DNA from: Epiperipatus broadwayi
Lineage: Eukaryota > Animalia > Onychophora
NCBI GenBank assembly: GCA_028023455.1
Contig: JAQFVV010000005.1
Location: 16,368,001-16,432,000 of the forward strand
Reading direction: 5' to 3'
Length of the DNA: 64,000 nt
Shown here: in pieces, positions 13,451 to 26,060 of the stretch
Numbering within the stretch: the first letter of the stretch is position 1
Layout of the letters: each line of letters opens with the position of its first letter
The notes under the pieces: model-generated
What the model was told of the DNA's origin: nothing
The model's database searches: none
Seen by the model: the letters and a program-made list of their open reading frames with translations, nothing else
Position numbers and translations under genes: made by a program

Positions 13451-15779
13451 TCACATCTAAAGTCCAAGTACATAAATTATACTTGTATTCAAAGTTTCAA
13501 CCTTGTATCATTTTTAGACAAGTTCTAACAAAATATCGTATACATTTTTTTCTAGTTGTAGCTTCTAAGATCCATAAAATAAATTGTAGATTGTGCTAAA
13601 TCTATTTATTACTACTTCTATTCTTGTTGTATAGTTTAATGCAATGAAGGAATGGCAGCTTTGGAGCTCAAAGTTTGTGGATCACAGCTTCAATTATGAC
13701 AGTAAATCATTACAATAGTTTCACCATCTTGAGTTTAAACCCCATATTGTGGATGTGGTAGGTGAAAGTGCTATCCACTATGCCATAAGGTTATTCATAT
13801 ATAAATTCTAAATATGTATTAATGTAAAATAATATCAGGAAAGCAAGTTTCTTGACTATAAATAATCTCCTGGAAAAATGATCAAACCTTAACATTTGAT
13901 TAGCAGCTGTGGAATGATGCCATTGCTAAAAAGTCTTATATAAGTAATGAAAGATTTAGAATACAAGTTTGACACCTTCAAACTATCTCCTAGAAGATGT
14001 ATTCATGATAATTTGCCACAATTTTTATTTAATTTTTGTATACTTTTAATATAAGCAAAATAATTGTGATACTTTGCAGGTTATATGTTAGAATATAAAA
14101 GAACAGAATACCATATAACATCAATGTTGCATCTACACAAAATGAATCACTATATTTTAGTTTTTATCAGTGTATTCTTCACCTCAGCTTCTCCATGTCA
14201 CAACTATCCACTAACACTGCTAAAAATGTGAGACAAAAGATGCATTAATAAAAAACCAAAAAGAAATCAAATTTATTACATGTTTGTACATGTGATTCTT
14301 AATCCTTATTTATAAATGTTCAGACAATGAGGGAAGGCTTCATAGAGCTAATTAAATAATAGGTGAGGCTAGGACTTCATCTCTCATTTTAATTTTTTGT
14401 AATTTTGTTTAAAAAAGACTGACTGCAGTTTGCTTGAATTGGGGTCAAAAATAGAATAGTACTTAAAAACCATAAAGTGCAGGTGATGAATCTTATGGTT
14501 CTAATATTTGCAAAGAGCCCTATCTCTAGATCTTTAATAAGATCATTTTAAAATGATGTATGTGAGTTACTTATGTTGTTGATGACATTTCTATATGTTT
14601 ATAGTTAAAGGAAACAGAATAAGAAAAAATCCGTAGTTTCTTCATCTCTGTCACCTAGAAAACGTGTGGCATCAATGTTAGAGTCTCATCTTAGCTTAAA
14701 TGAAAGATTGCTAGGAAGAACATCAAGATTAATTTTGATTAAAAGGTCAAAATATTAAAACAAAATACTGAATGGAAAAATATTTCCAAAGCTTATTGGG
14801 GGTGCCATTTTGTAATCATTCCAATATTTGACTTTGTTTGCAAATAAAGAGAGGGTGGGTGAGTGAATTTGTGTACACTGTTAATTGTATTAGGGATAAA
14901 TGTATTTGACTGAGACATTGAAAAAATGTCTGTTTAATTAAATGAAATTATCGCACTCAACATGCCACTTGAGTATTTTAACAGCACCTGTCTTCCTGAG
15001 CAACTAACTATATAATTATAATTATTAAAAAAGCAAGTTTATTGCTGCAATAAAAAAATCTTGAAAAACTATAAAAAAACCATTCGATCATCATCAGCAA
15101 TAGCTCACTATTGCTTCTAACCCAATTCTTATGCGACAGACTATTGACGATTGAGAAGCAGGTTTCTTGCTTCAAAGAGTTTTTTTTTTTTTGACAAAAG
15201 GCATCGTGATTAAAAGTTTGGTCGCTCTGAAGAATTTTTTAATAAAGTACAACTTTAATTAAATAATCAAAAAACTCTTAGCTATAATACCCAACATATG
15301 ACCATAGATAAATATATGCAAATACATCGTTAATATTAAATTAATTATATGTGTGTATATGGGTGTACATATATATATAAACATCAAAAGTACTACGATA
15401 TTAATTACAATATAAAAGCTATAAGAATAATGCTAATATAAATTTATGATATTAGTAAATAGTAATAAAAACAAAATTTATTTTAAAAGATTACGTACAT
15501 AAACACACATACGAGCACATTTCAATGCATCCCTAAAAACACTAGTACAAGCATTAATAAATAACAAAAACAACAAAAAGTAATAAAATCCCTGATGAAA
15601 AACGTAAACAATCATGCGTGTTGATGACTCAACATGCAATTTCACCCAGACACCATGACTATTTATTTCTACAACTAATACAGTTCCATTTTAGAATCCG
15701 TTAAAGAATTAAGAAAGTAAATAAGCTCTCAAAAAACAACAATAACGACGATTAAAAAAAAAAAAAAAAGCCGAATAAA

Positions 15780-16010
15780 TAAATGATCCCGGAAGTGGTA
15801 TAACCACTGAATATTTATAGAAATAAAACCGGGAGCAAAATGCTTTTATTACCAGAACTTGCACAATCTGAAATCCAGACTCCACACCACAAAATGCTTT
15901 TATTGGCAGAAGCTATCGTGCTGGAAAATTCTCCCAGAATGCAATTGCTAATTGATCCCTGATATAAAATACTGTATTTCAAGCTGAGGTTAAATTATCC
16001 AGAGGTAAGG
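15780..16010 (+). promoter_or_regulatory. Candidate housekeeping-type promoter or first non-coding exon
   Basis: Locally CpG-richer; ETS-like CCGGAAGT (15789-15796); ZNF143/Staf-like CTCCCAGAATGCA (15931-15943); donor-like AG|GTAAGG at 16004/16005; acceptor TTTTCTTTCAG ending at 16146. Confidence 0.3.
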
Positions 16011-17245
16011 GAGGGAACAAAAATAGGGGTTAAAAAAAAAAAAAGACGTGCATTTTTTTAATACCACTGAATTTATATCGACGTTATAGATTTTTAAATA
16101 TTGCTTTTAACGAGAGAGAAAGAAAAAAAAATCCTTTTTCTTTCAGCTGTTATCAATTATGCAGCCGGCTTCTCATTAGTCAGTATACCAACCAGTGCAT
16201 CTTCATTTCCAAGGAAAAGAATTGCAGACACTATTTGTAGATAATACTGAACTCAAGTATCAGACGGCCAATCGATTATGCAGACGGGTACGGTTAATCT
16301 TAAAATCTCGCGACTTATTTTTTTATTTTTAAACGTAAAAAAAAAAAATTAAAACAAGGTAAGGTAGCTTTTAAAACTTAAATGACTTCAAAGTCATAAG
16401 GATGCCCTTTTTAAGGCTTCATATAGATAAAAAAAAAAACTTAAAAAGCTAAAATAAATATAAAAATATTTACATGATGAAATTGCATGCATTCGTGTAC
16501 TGATATCAACAAAAGCAGTCTGTCAAAGACAGATCTCTGCACATGAAACCCATAACTCTGTCCAAGCCTTTACATCCATTATTCGAACCTTCAGATACTC
16601 GTAATTATCTATTCCTTTAAAACTTCAAACAAAATTCTTTCTTCTTCTACCTTTCTTCATCACATTCTCTATAAACGTTTTCGACCTAACTTCCACAATT
16701 CTTTTATCTCATCAGTCAAATCCAAGTTCTTTTTCATATCATTACTTGCATACACATACATAATACATTGCGCATGCTAATGTATATATATACAAAGATA
16801 ATTCTTATAGGTTTACACACACACACACCATCATCTGACATTAGCCTAATTCATTCCACTTTGCCTACGCCTCTTTATTTCCTATTAAATTATTCAAATA
16901 ATTACAGACACATATGCATAAAGAAATTTATATAACACTCTCATGTTATGAATGGTAAACTGTATTTTAAGCAAGGATTAAGAATAGAATGGACCTATCT
17001 ATTCATTAAGCTTTTCATATTTATAAGCTTACCCTTGCCAATACTGGTGGAAATTCTGATTGAACTTATATACCAGCCAAATAAAAATATGATATTAATA
17101 GTATTAAACTAATAAACAATTATGCAAGATTACAGATAAAGTCTAACTTTTAATAAATTTGTGTTAAGTTAATAATCATAAACATAAAATTAGGTTTCCT
17201 AAACATATATGTATTGAAAGAGGTAAACCACTCTTTCGCTGGTTA

Positions 17246-17544
17246 AACCACTAAACATCACATGATCACCATTTCATGCAAGCACATAACTGTTAGTAAA
17301 CAGGCAAAAAGCTCTCCATATAGTAGTGCCACCTTGTGCTAACCAGAGTAATCAATGGATGCCAGAAGTATTGTGCATAAAATCCCTATCTAGTGCCTAC
17401 TCATCCAATATCCCCAGACTAGTTTCTGGCTTGTGGCCTTCATCAGTGAGGAGCCCTGGATATGAGAGCACTGTGCACAAACCTTCTGGCATCCATTGAT
17501 TACTCTGGTTAGCACAAGGTGGCACTACTATATGGAGTTTGTTG
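17246..17544 (-). mobile_element. Family A copy with short inverted 5' duplication
   Basis: Full arm 17246-17474, then inverted partial arm 17475-17544; imperfect flanking repeat TCTTTCGCTGGTTA / TCTTTCTCCTGTTA. Confidence 0.85.
17403..17461 (-). ncRNA. Type I hammerhead ribozyme, family A, best copy (GUC site; predicted cleavage between 17417 and 17416)
   Basis: atccag-ggc-tcctca-CTGATGA-a-ggc-cacaa-gcc-a-GAAA-ctag-TC-tgggga-ta-ttggat: both stem I segments pair; stem III is the ACTAGT palindrome. Confidence 0.75.
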
Positions 17545-17908
17545 TCTTTCTCCTGTTATAAATAACTGGAATTTCTGTATGTTTAATAAGAATCAAAAAT
17601 AGAATAGCCTACTTATTTTTCAAGTTATAGATTTTTATAAGTTTATCCCAGCATCATTGATGAAAATTCAAAATGAACTTCAGATACCAGCAGATGAAAA
17701 TACAGAAGACTAATAATCAGTTATAAAAGAATGGAGACAGAATCTCACTTTTAATAATTCTGTTTTAATAATGTGCCAGAAATTAGTAAGTGTCAATCTA
17801 AAATTAGCATAACTTAATATATATTAGGAGTATATGGTGAGAAGCATTCTGTAAATCCATTGAAGATAAAGTCTCTCTGATGGTTACTTGAACAATTTTA
17901 AATCTTAC

Positions 17909-18500
17909 TGTCATATCTGACCCCGCCTTCAGAAATGGACTATTCCAGATTCCTTGCCTGATTGGCTAGCACCCAATTACTATTCAACGGGATTAAAACC
18001 TTCACTCCGAGTTCACACACCAAATCCATGTGTTTCCAGTAAGGTAGGGGATCTGCCTTTAAATAGTCAGCCTTTTGGAGGCAAGGCAGAAAGAAATTAC
18101 TTCTGATAACCTGAACGACAGAACGTGCTCTCCATTAAACCTTTTGCCATCAGCAAAGGTATTTATCTAGTCATCATTGAGACATCCATGCAGTGAGGCA
18201 AATCCACCTATGGACTGGAAACTGCTATGTCTAAACTAGATCCAACTCAAGGCAAGCTAATTACATAGCTGGAAGAGTCTTACCAGAACTCACAATGCAG
18301 GCTAATCATTAGCTGGAAGCGAGTTCTATACTCCGCATGACTATCTCAGCATTGAAGTCTATCAACTGTATTTGTTCATTTGTTAACTAACGTGTGTATA
18401 TATTTTGTACTAATAAATTGTGCATATTTATTGCTGGATAGTTGTTTGTTTTGTATCTGTTGGTTTGGAAACAAACCTACAAGCCTAACCAAACACAACA
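17909..18500 (+). mobile_element. Solo LTR (592 bp)
   Basis: TGTCA...CAACA termini, exact 5-bp TSD CTTAC (17904-17908, 18501-18505), GC-richer than flanks, AATAAA near the 3' end. Confidence 0.8.
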
Positions 18501-18820
18501 CTTACAGAAGCTATAATCAAATAACAGAAACCTCAATGCATTTTTCTGAAGATATTTAACAATTAAAACTAGATTGATGAAATAAAATGAGTCTCACTTT
18601 GTCTGAGACCCCAAGAACTTACTAGGAGATAAGTTTAGTCAACACTAACATGAAAATGAAATTTTACTTACTATAAATGTAAATAAAACATTACTGAAAG
18701 GAGCTTATCATAATATTCCCAGTTTATTTTGTCTACAGTCACAGGAACTTATATGAAAAACAAATTTAGACAAACCTAATTGATAATAAAATTTTATTCA
18801 CAGTAAATTTGAATAAAATA

Positions 18821-18945
18821 TTATTAAAAGTGGCTTAATGTAATATTCCTAAATCAGAATCATTAAGTATTCACTTTCTAAGTTATTAAAATTGAATACT
18901 TAATGATTCTGTCTTGAGAATATTAAATTGAACCATTTTTAATAA
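18821..18945. repeat. Imperfect inverted repeat
   Basis: CAGAATCATTAAGTATTCA / TGAATACTTAATGATTCTG core with decayed outer arms. Confidence 0.7.
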
Positions 18946-18966
18946 GGCTTTATTTAAATCATTCTT

Positions 18967-19167
18967 ACTAAGGCAACAAACCTCAAGAATGTATGCTTGA
19001 AAATTCAAAGGTAGGGACCTCTACAGGACTTAACCACAAGCTATATAAGCTTGTGGTTAAGGCCTGTAGAGGTCCCTACTTTCGCATTTTCAAGCATACA
19101 TTCTTGAGATTTGTTGCTTTAGTAAATATTACTTACGTAATCAATGTGCATTAGATAAAATTTATAA
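18967..19167. mobile_element. Foldback insertion (family D), ~78-bp arms plus a one-sided 43-bp tail
   Basis: Near-perfect palindrome centred on ...CACAAGCTATATAAGCTTGTG...; flanked by the 13-bp direct repeat TTAAATCATTCTT (18954-18966, 19168-19180). Confidence 0.8.
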
Positions 19168-22024
19168 TTAAATCATTCTTGTAATGGGCTTTAACTAGAA
19201 GTGACTCTCATATAAGTTTTTGAGACTTTGGATAAAATGAGATATATTTAGTTTGACAAATAGTTTAATATATGAGTATTTGTGTAGCAATTGGAAACAC
19301 CTTTCTCTTTACTGAGATTATGTGTGTGTGTGTTAAGTTTTTGCCTAAAAAAAAGATTGAAGTAGTTGAACATAACTGTATCACAATTAAGTGCTAAAAT
19401 GTAATCATCATGAATAATAGTTGTTTGCAATATTCTTAATATATTTTATTCTGATACCTTAATATTTTAGAATTAGTGTGTACAACAAAATTTAAATATT
19501 AAGAAATACATATATAAATACCCTGCCATTTTTCTGTTACAGGAAGCTGTTGAATAAGTATTAAAAATACTCTGATGTAATACATATGCGCATATAAAAT
19601 ACAGTCAGTATAATAATTTCCTAATTTAAATGTGTTGTGATATATAATCTGTTCAGGATCTGAAATGTATGTATGTGCTTAAATGCACATATATATATAG
19701 GTATAAACTTATAGACAGAAAAAGTTATAAGTTTAAATAAATTAAAGAATTTTAAAAGATTGATTCTTTTAAATAGTAAGTAAAAGATTTATAACTTAAG
19801 ATTAGAAAAAGATTATTTTCTAAAATGAATAATAGATTAATAGATGAGAGTAAAATATAGTGTCCTTAATGAAATAAAACAATTAAAAGAATTAAATGAA
19901 TTCAAGTTAGAATTCCTTTATAAAATAGACAACAGACTATAAAAATAACTCATTAATTAAAGTCAGAAAGATAAATTCTTGTACGGAGATTAAAATGAAG
20001 AATCACCTGAGAGTACTAGCCAATTGCAGGGATTAAAACAATGAATGCCTCAGTCCTAATTGAAATAAAGATAAAGATACTTAATCCTTGGAGCTTCACC
20101 TGTGCACATGGACATATGTTTTGGAGCAGATCATCTCCCATGGCACAATGACTTCAAGTGTGAAGAACTGATCTCCAAATGTGAGAACAGCCAGCTAAGA
20201 CTCTTACAGGTCATATTGATCTAAATTATTATTTATGAATGCCTTCAGGCCTTCTTATGTTTAATGATTGTATATATATAAATAGTTAAAATGCTATAAA
20301 GGATCATACAGTAAATTATCTAAATATTAACTCTTAGTAATGATTTATACACATGAGAAGTGCACTCTTAGATTAGCTAGACATAGCAGGATCCAATTCC
20401 ACCCTTCTTATTTAAAAAAGTCTTGATGAGAATTTCTTCCATATTTGAACATTTTATTTTTACAATTAAATCTTTTTTCTAATATATTGATAATCTTTAT
20501 ATTATTTATTATAAATGTAAACATTCAAATGATAGACATTATAGAACTTAACATCTGAACTTTGTAAAATAGAAAATAAAATATTAAAAGGAGTTCATAA
20601 CTATTTTAATGGTGCTTAATGTTACTTGTTGTAATTTAACTATTCAAAAAGTTAGCAGAATGAAATATCAGATATTTGAATTCCATTTTTTAAATTCAAA
20701 AGTAATTTAGGATTAGTTATCATTAAAGAAAGAAAATATATGTTAAAATTAAACATTAAATTTATTGTGATTTCTGCAGTAAAATAAAACTAAACATGAT
20801 GACCATAGGCTCAAAATAACAAAGAAAAATATAGCATTCGCAGCATTATTTTAGTATCTAAAACAGTAAAAACTGTGTGGCATTTCATGCCTATAATAAA
20901 ATATATTAGTGCAACATTATTAAGGGCCAGAGAAGTGATAGAATGAATGAACACCAATGAGCATGAAGTTTAAATCAGCAAAGATGTTAAAGCACTCTCA
21001 ATCAAATCAGCTTATACATTAATTTACAAAAGCAGAGTTAATATCTGTTCATTTCAAGAGCCTTATAAACATGCAATAAACTATCATATATATCTACAAG
21101 TAAACAGCACCAAATAATATAAAATATTTACAGAGAGATAAACCTTTAATTTAAAATGTACTGCAATGTGTCTAGTATCAGCGCTGTGATATAATGATCA
21201 AAAATCACTTTCATTTCTTTCCAAACTCTTATAAAAATGACTTAAATAGATTACAACATTGACACTAAAGACTATTGAATACCAAAGTACATTTTAATTG
21301 GGAATTTAATTTTCTGATTATATTTCCTATTATTTAGGATCATTTAGTTTACCTTACATATATTATTGCTGTCCATCTATAAACTATTAAAATAAGTAGC
21401 AAATAAATCTACCTTAGTAAATTAGATGAGTGAAACTGCATAAGTATCTCTACTGATTTGAATTATGCTTACCAGTATTTAATAACACGCTGATGCATTG
21501 TGATGAAACTTTATAATTTGTTTAAAGTATTCTCATAAGAAATTAGAAAAGAATGAAAGTGATTTCACTTTCTTTGTTGTATCACAATTCTAATACTGCA
21601 GAGTAGGGGTGGAGAACCTTAGGCCCAAGGACCAACTCTGGCCCTTGAAAGCTTTTAATCTGGTCCTTGGATAATTTGAAAAATGTATATAGAATGACTC
21701 TGTATTAAACTTGTATTTAAACTCATGTGTAGTGCAAATATTGAAATAAGAATAAAATAAAAAATATTTATTTTCTCAACTACATCTTTTTTCTCTCCAA
21801 CTTTTATAATAGCTCTAGTTTATTCTATCAGAAGGGCAACATTTCATGAAATTTGTCTATATTGTATAGTCTATATCACTATATATTTAATCTATTATGC
21901 TGAGGGCATTTTGTTTATTTTTATAATTTCAGATTTTTCTTCACCATTAACAACTATGTAAGATTTAATACGCTTGACGTATATAGTGAAATTAAATTCT
22001 TAAAAAATTGCAATAATATTTCTT

Positions 22025-22069
22025 AAGGCTAAGTACTTTCAGAGTTTTCATCTCCATATTCACAGCCTT
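22025..22069 (-). ncRNA. Decayed hammerhead relic at the 3' end of a Penelope copy
   Basis: aaggct-GTGAATA-t-ggag-atgaaaa-ctct-GAAA-gtac-TT-agcctt: perfect 6-bp stem I and AGTACT stem III, but two core substitutions. Confidence 0.4.
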
Positions 22070-22106
22070 CAACCATAATAATTTATGCAAATCTATGCAA
22101 GTTCAT

Positions 22107-22995
22107 TTATATTGTCCATCTCTTTGAAATAAAAAAGCATGTATCCTTCCTGTTTATTGTCTTCATATCTCTTGCTATATACCATGCCTCCTTCATTTTC
22201 CTTTTGATGTCACTCCTCTCAGTGGAAATTATTGTAGCACTTGCAGGTTCAAATTCATGATTAGCCACTTTTTGGTGGTCCACAAATACTGAGCTACCTT
22301 CATTTCTGCTCAATACTCTTTTGTATAAATATTTGTGTTGAGCCACTCTATTGTTTATAGTGGTCCAAATCTCACCATAGTATACTGCTCCACTGTTTGC
22401 TTGAGGGCATGTCATCTTGTATACCACATGTGGTGTTGTTTGTAGGTCAATTTTATTCTTGGAATTGTTAATTATTCTATTGGTGTTGGGAGGGGTTCGA
22501 AAACCTACTTTGAATTCACTCTGTAATTTTTTGACTAGTTCTCTTGCAATATTAGGTATCCAAGAGATTGTAAAAGACCCACAAAGAGACCACATGTGAG
22601 ATGGATGGATGAAATAAGAAAGTGTGAAGGGGTGATGTGGAGAAGAGAAGCTAAAGATCGGAAAAGATGGATTAAACTTGGAGAGACCTTCATCCTGCAG
22701 TGGATTGATAATGGTTGATGATGATGATGATGATGATGGCAGAAATATATGTTGTTTTTTTATTCTTGCTTGGTTTGGTTATATTTTCATAAAATGTTTT
22801 GATTCTTTTATTGATGGTTATTAAATCATAACCAACCTTTATTAGATCATTGACATACTGGTTGATGTTTATTCTTCTTTCCTCTTCATATTTACATAAA
22901 TGGTAATTCCTGAACAAAAAGGCAGACAGTCCTGCCAATTTGTGGACTCTTGGAGTTTTAGTAATTTTTGCAGACAAAGATATATTACCAAACAT
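22107..22995 (-). pseudogene. Penelope-like element: RT C-terminus/thumb plus GIY-YIG endonuclease, interrupted by an RTE fragment
   Basis: KTPRVHKLAGLSAFLFRNYHLC...YISA|WIPNIARE...VVYKMTC...VYYGE...RVAQH...KRKMKEAWYI, a typical PLE thumb plus C-terminal GIY-YIG layout. Confidence 0.9.
22561..22737 (+). mobile_element. RTE-clade LINE 3' end with (GAT)n tail
   Basis: Encodes RWMDEIRKCEGVMWRREAKDRKRWIKLGETFILQWIDNG*, then GATGATGAT; 5' junction shows microhomology (GGTATCCAA) with the host. Confidence 0.85.
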
Positions 22996-23009
22996 AAAAC
23001 TTGAATTTT

Positions 23010-23709
23010 TTAATCACCTTGTGGGATGCGTACCACCTAATCAACTCTCACCCACAACCTCCCGAAAGTAGCCTCAACCTCACAAATCAAAAATTAATCA
23101 CCCACATTAAAAGATGGTGTCTGGAGCCCAAGTATCTGGACTTCATCATCAAAATTAACCTTAGTGTGCTTCCGACAAACTGTTTCCTGTTTTACCGAAG
23201 AGGAAACTCCAACATTGATCCAACCTGCAGTTTATGTTCTCATGAAGAGGAAACCATTGAGCACTTCATATATCACTGTCCAAACCTTAAAACGGTCAGA
23301 GATAGTCTTCATCAACTCCAATATCAGACCAGACCTAATTCTCTCACCCATAAAAGCAATCCACACTGGAAAATTTGCTATTATTAGACTATCCATTTTC
23401 ATCCTCTACACAATCTGGGTAGTACACTGCAAGTTGACAATGGAACTGCCCCATCTAGACCCAGGTCTGTTGTTCTGAAAAACAATAAAGAAAATCAGGA
23501 AAAGAGATGAGCTCATCTCTCCCAAAAAATCATTTGAGGACACTTGGAACCTATTTACCCTCCCAACTAATAACAACAGAACGACAAACATGCTACCTAC
23601 TAAACCATTCACAAGAACTCTCAGAACTTAGCATAACCTCATTTAACTTTGTATATATCCTTTCCAATTTGTACACAAAGTAATTAATAAATATATTTTT
23701 GAAACAACA
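23010..23709 (+). mobile_element. 5'-truncated Tx1/L1-type LINE (zf-RVT C-terminus plus 3' UTR)
   Basis: LSVLPTN...DPTCSLCSHEEETIEHFIYHC cysteine motif; 16-bp TSD ATAAAACTTGAATTTT (22994-23009, 23710-23725). Confidence 0.9.
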
Positions 23710-23815
23710 ATAAAACTTGAATTTTACTTCATTTTATTATTATTTTGCATTTAATTTTTTATTTATTGGGGTGATTACAGGAATAAGACAAGAAAAACAC
23801 ACCAAAAATTGCACC

Positions 23816-24180
23816 CTTCAAAAGAAATGGATCAACATGTTTTTTTAATAGAAAGAAATAGTAAATCAATGTGTTTAATATATCTGGGAAGTATTTCAGT
23901 TAATAAAGAACACAATATTAAGAGGCACTTTATAAAAACATTCTGATTACAACAAGATTGTTGATGGAAAAAGAAATATTTAAATAGAAAACTAGAAAAG
24001 GAACTTTATCAATTGACTAACAATATTTCATAAAAAGTACAAACAAGCCAGAAATTTTTGAAACCATTTTCTGAAAGGGAATTTATAAAAGACTGCATCC
24101 TAGCTGCTGTAAAATTTATAACATAAAAAAAACTCTAGAATATAAATATGGCATAAAGGATAGTTACAAGGCAAACTGAA
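23816..24180 (+). pseudogene. hAT transposase N-terminal remnant (GTF2IRD2/SCAND3-like BED-type region)
   Basis: LQKKWINMF / frameshift / LIERNSKSMCLIY...KEHNIKRHF, and KPFSEREFIKDCILAAV at 24061-24111. Confidence 0.8.
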
Positions 24181-25596
24181 AAAAAAGTCATTAAATGTGG
24201 AACACATTAATAATGATGTTATTACTTTATTTTTAATTCATAAAAAAAATCCTCCTGTTTAAAAGATAAAAGTTGAAATTGGCTGGCCAGTTGAAAAGAT
24301 TGTTTATCCCTAATAATTAGACAAAAATTAATTAAATTTTTATCAAATATAGCAGACTAATTTTTAAGTCAATAATTTTGTTGGCCCCCAAATGATATTA
24401 TAAATATCCAAATGACTCTTGGCAGATAAAAAGTTCCCTACCCCTGCTGTAAGGCAATGCATTAAATATCATGCATTTAAGTTAGAAGTTTACATCGCTA
24501 AATATATTTCATATAAATTGGGGTTGTTTACTTTATCATATATAGTTTGTTGCTTAATTACAAAATCATTAAAGTAAATAACAATTAACTCTGCTTTTGC
24601 AAGGTGGATTATGAAACATTTGAATGAAGCTTCATGAATATCAACAGTGATTTAAGTTTCATGCTCAATAATATCATAGTCTGTTTAAGGCATCCTTATA
24701 AAAACTGAGAAATGAATAAAAGTGATTTCATTTTTATTATAGAATCACAGCTCTGATACTGAATGATGTTGCATTAAAAATTAAGTATATAATAAGTGCT
24801 TTATCTTTCTAATCATATTTTATATTATTTGGAGCTGTTTAATTTATATATATTATACTGAATCCCTCTGAATAAACTCTATTCTTGCTGGGTTTAGAAT
24901 CTAAAACTTTAATAAATTTTATCATTTTTAATATCTCACATTTGACTTTAACTAAGTTTTAACCTTTTACTTTATTAAACTTATATAATACACATCTTTC
25001 TGAATAATTATTATCTTATATCTTTAATACTATGGGAATGGACTGGCCCTTCAAGCAGAGAGGAGAATACCATTGATAGCAAAACCATCAATGATATCTA
25101 CAGACAAATTAGGCTATAGAAAGCATAACATGATCACATTTCCTGACTGTGGCCCACCTTGACTGCTGGAACAAAAACCTGCCATCCAAAGCATTTTATT
25201 TGCTTTTGAGGATCAAACTCAGGTACCAGTTGACCATATGTTATATAGATGGCATGCTTGGATGACAATCATACCAACTAGCCCTTGAAATATCCCAAGC
25301 TAGTTCCTATTCTTAATCAGGAGGTCCAGTACATAAACTTAACACATATAAACATTTCTCTCTTTAAGTAAATGGTGATGCAATGACAAGAGAGAGTAGA
25401 CCAAATAATAATTAAGCAAACAGTATTTATCCATGCACACATATTTAATATAACATAACAATATGAAAATTTACATAGATAAATAAAAATGATTAGTTCA
25501 GGCTAAATTTTATAATAGACCTTCATTAAAATTCATTTCATTTAAAAATAGTGATGATAGACAATTACTATGGAAAATATATTTACCTAGTTTTTC

Positions 25597-26060
25597 ATGA
25601 TGTTAGATGGCACAGTTCATTTGGTTTTGGTTTTCCTTAGTGTTATGTTCCAACTGATTGTCTTTTTGGTCTCCATCAATAGTTTCAAGGCTTGTCTTTT
25701 ATTCTTTGGTTTGAAAATGGGAGAGTTTGTGGCAGTATTTATTTCAGTTTCCAGCAAAGGTTCAGGTGGGAACAGTTGATTTTGCAGAGGACTTGGGGCC
25801 CGAAGCCCAGTCAAACACTTTTAGGGTGGTCTAGCAATGCATGTTGCTAGTTTTGTGGCCCCTGCAATGATATTTTCCATAGTAGTAATGACCGGCTCTA
25901 CTATATTTAGATCTCTGGATCCCTGGAGCACTTATTAACATAATGCATCAAAAACAGCATGAAGACTGGAATAACTCGACCACAAAATGAAGACTGGAAT
26001 AAATCAATAACAGAATGAAGACCGGAATAATTTACAGACCCAAGGGTGGAATAAATATAA
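25597..26060 (-). other. GC-richer unclassified segment, possibly a retroelement 5' end
   Basis: Three TTATTCCAGTCTTCAT-like repeats (~25960-26030), then an interrupted Pro/Lys-rich frame (MENIIAG...PP*...PSPLQNQLFPPEP...). Confidence 0.25.

Larger units (their letters stand above)
21604..24446 (+). mobile_element. hAT (Charlie/Buster-type) DNA transposon relic hosting nested retroelements
   Basis: TIRs TAGGGGTGGAGAACCT / AAGTTCCCTACCCCTG; decayed 8-bp flanks CTGCAGAG / CTGTAAGG; internal transposase remnants. Confidence 0.75.

Noticed and set aside
14185-14245. Candidate minus-strand micro-exon (VLVDSCDMEKL); similar candidates near 5730-5810, 11480-11570, 20090-20200, 31325-31445
   Set aside because: Weak splice sites, no recognisable family, and cannot be linked into a gene model.
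18975-19125. CTCAAGA...GAAA or CTGTAGA hammerhead-like patterns in family D
   Set aside because: No NUH site with a matching stem I.
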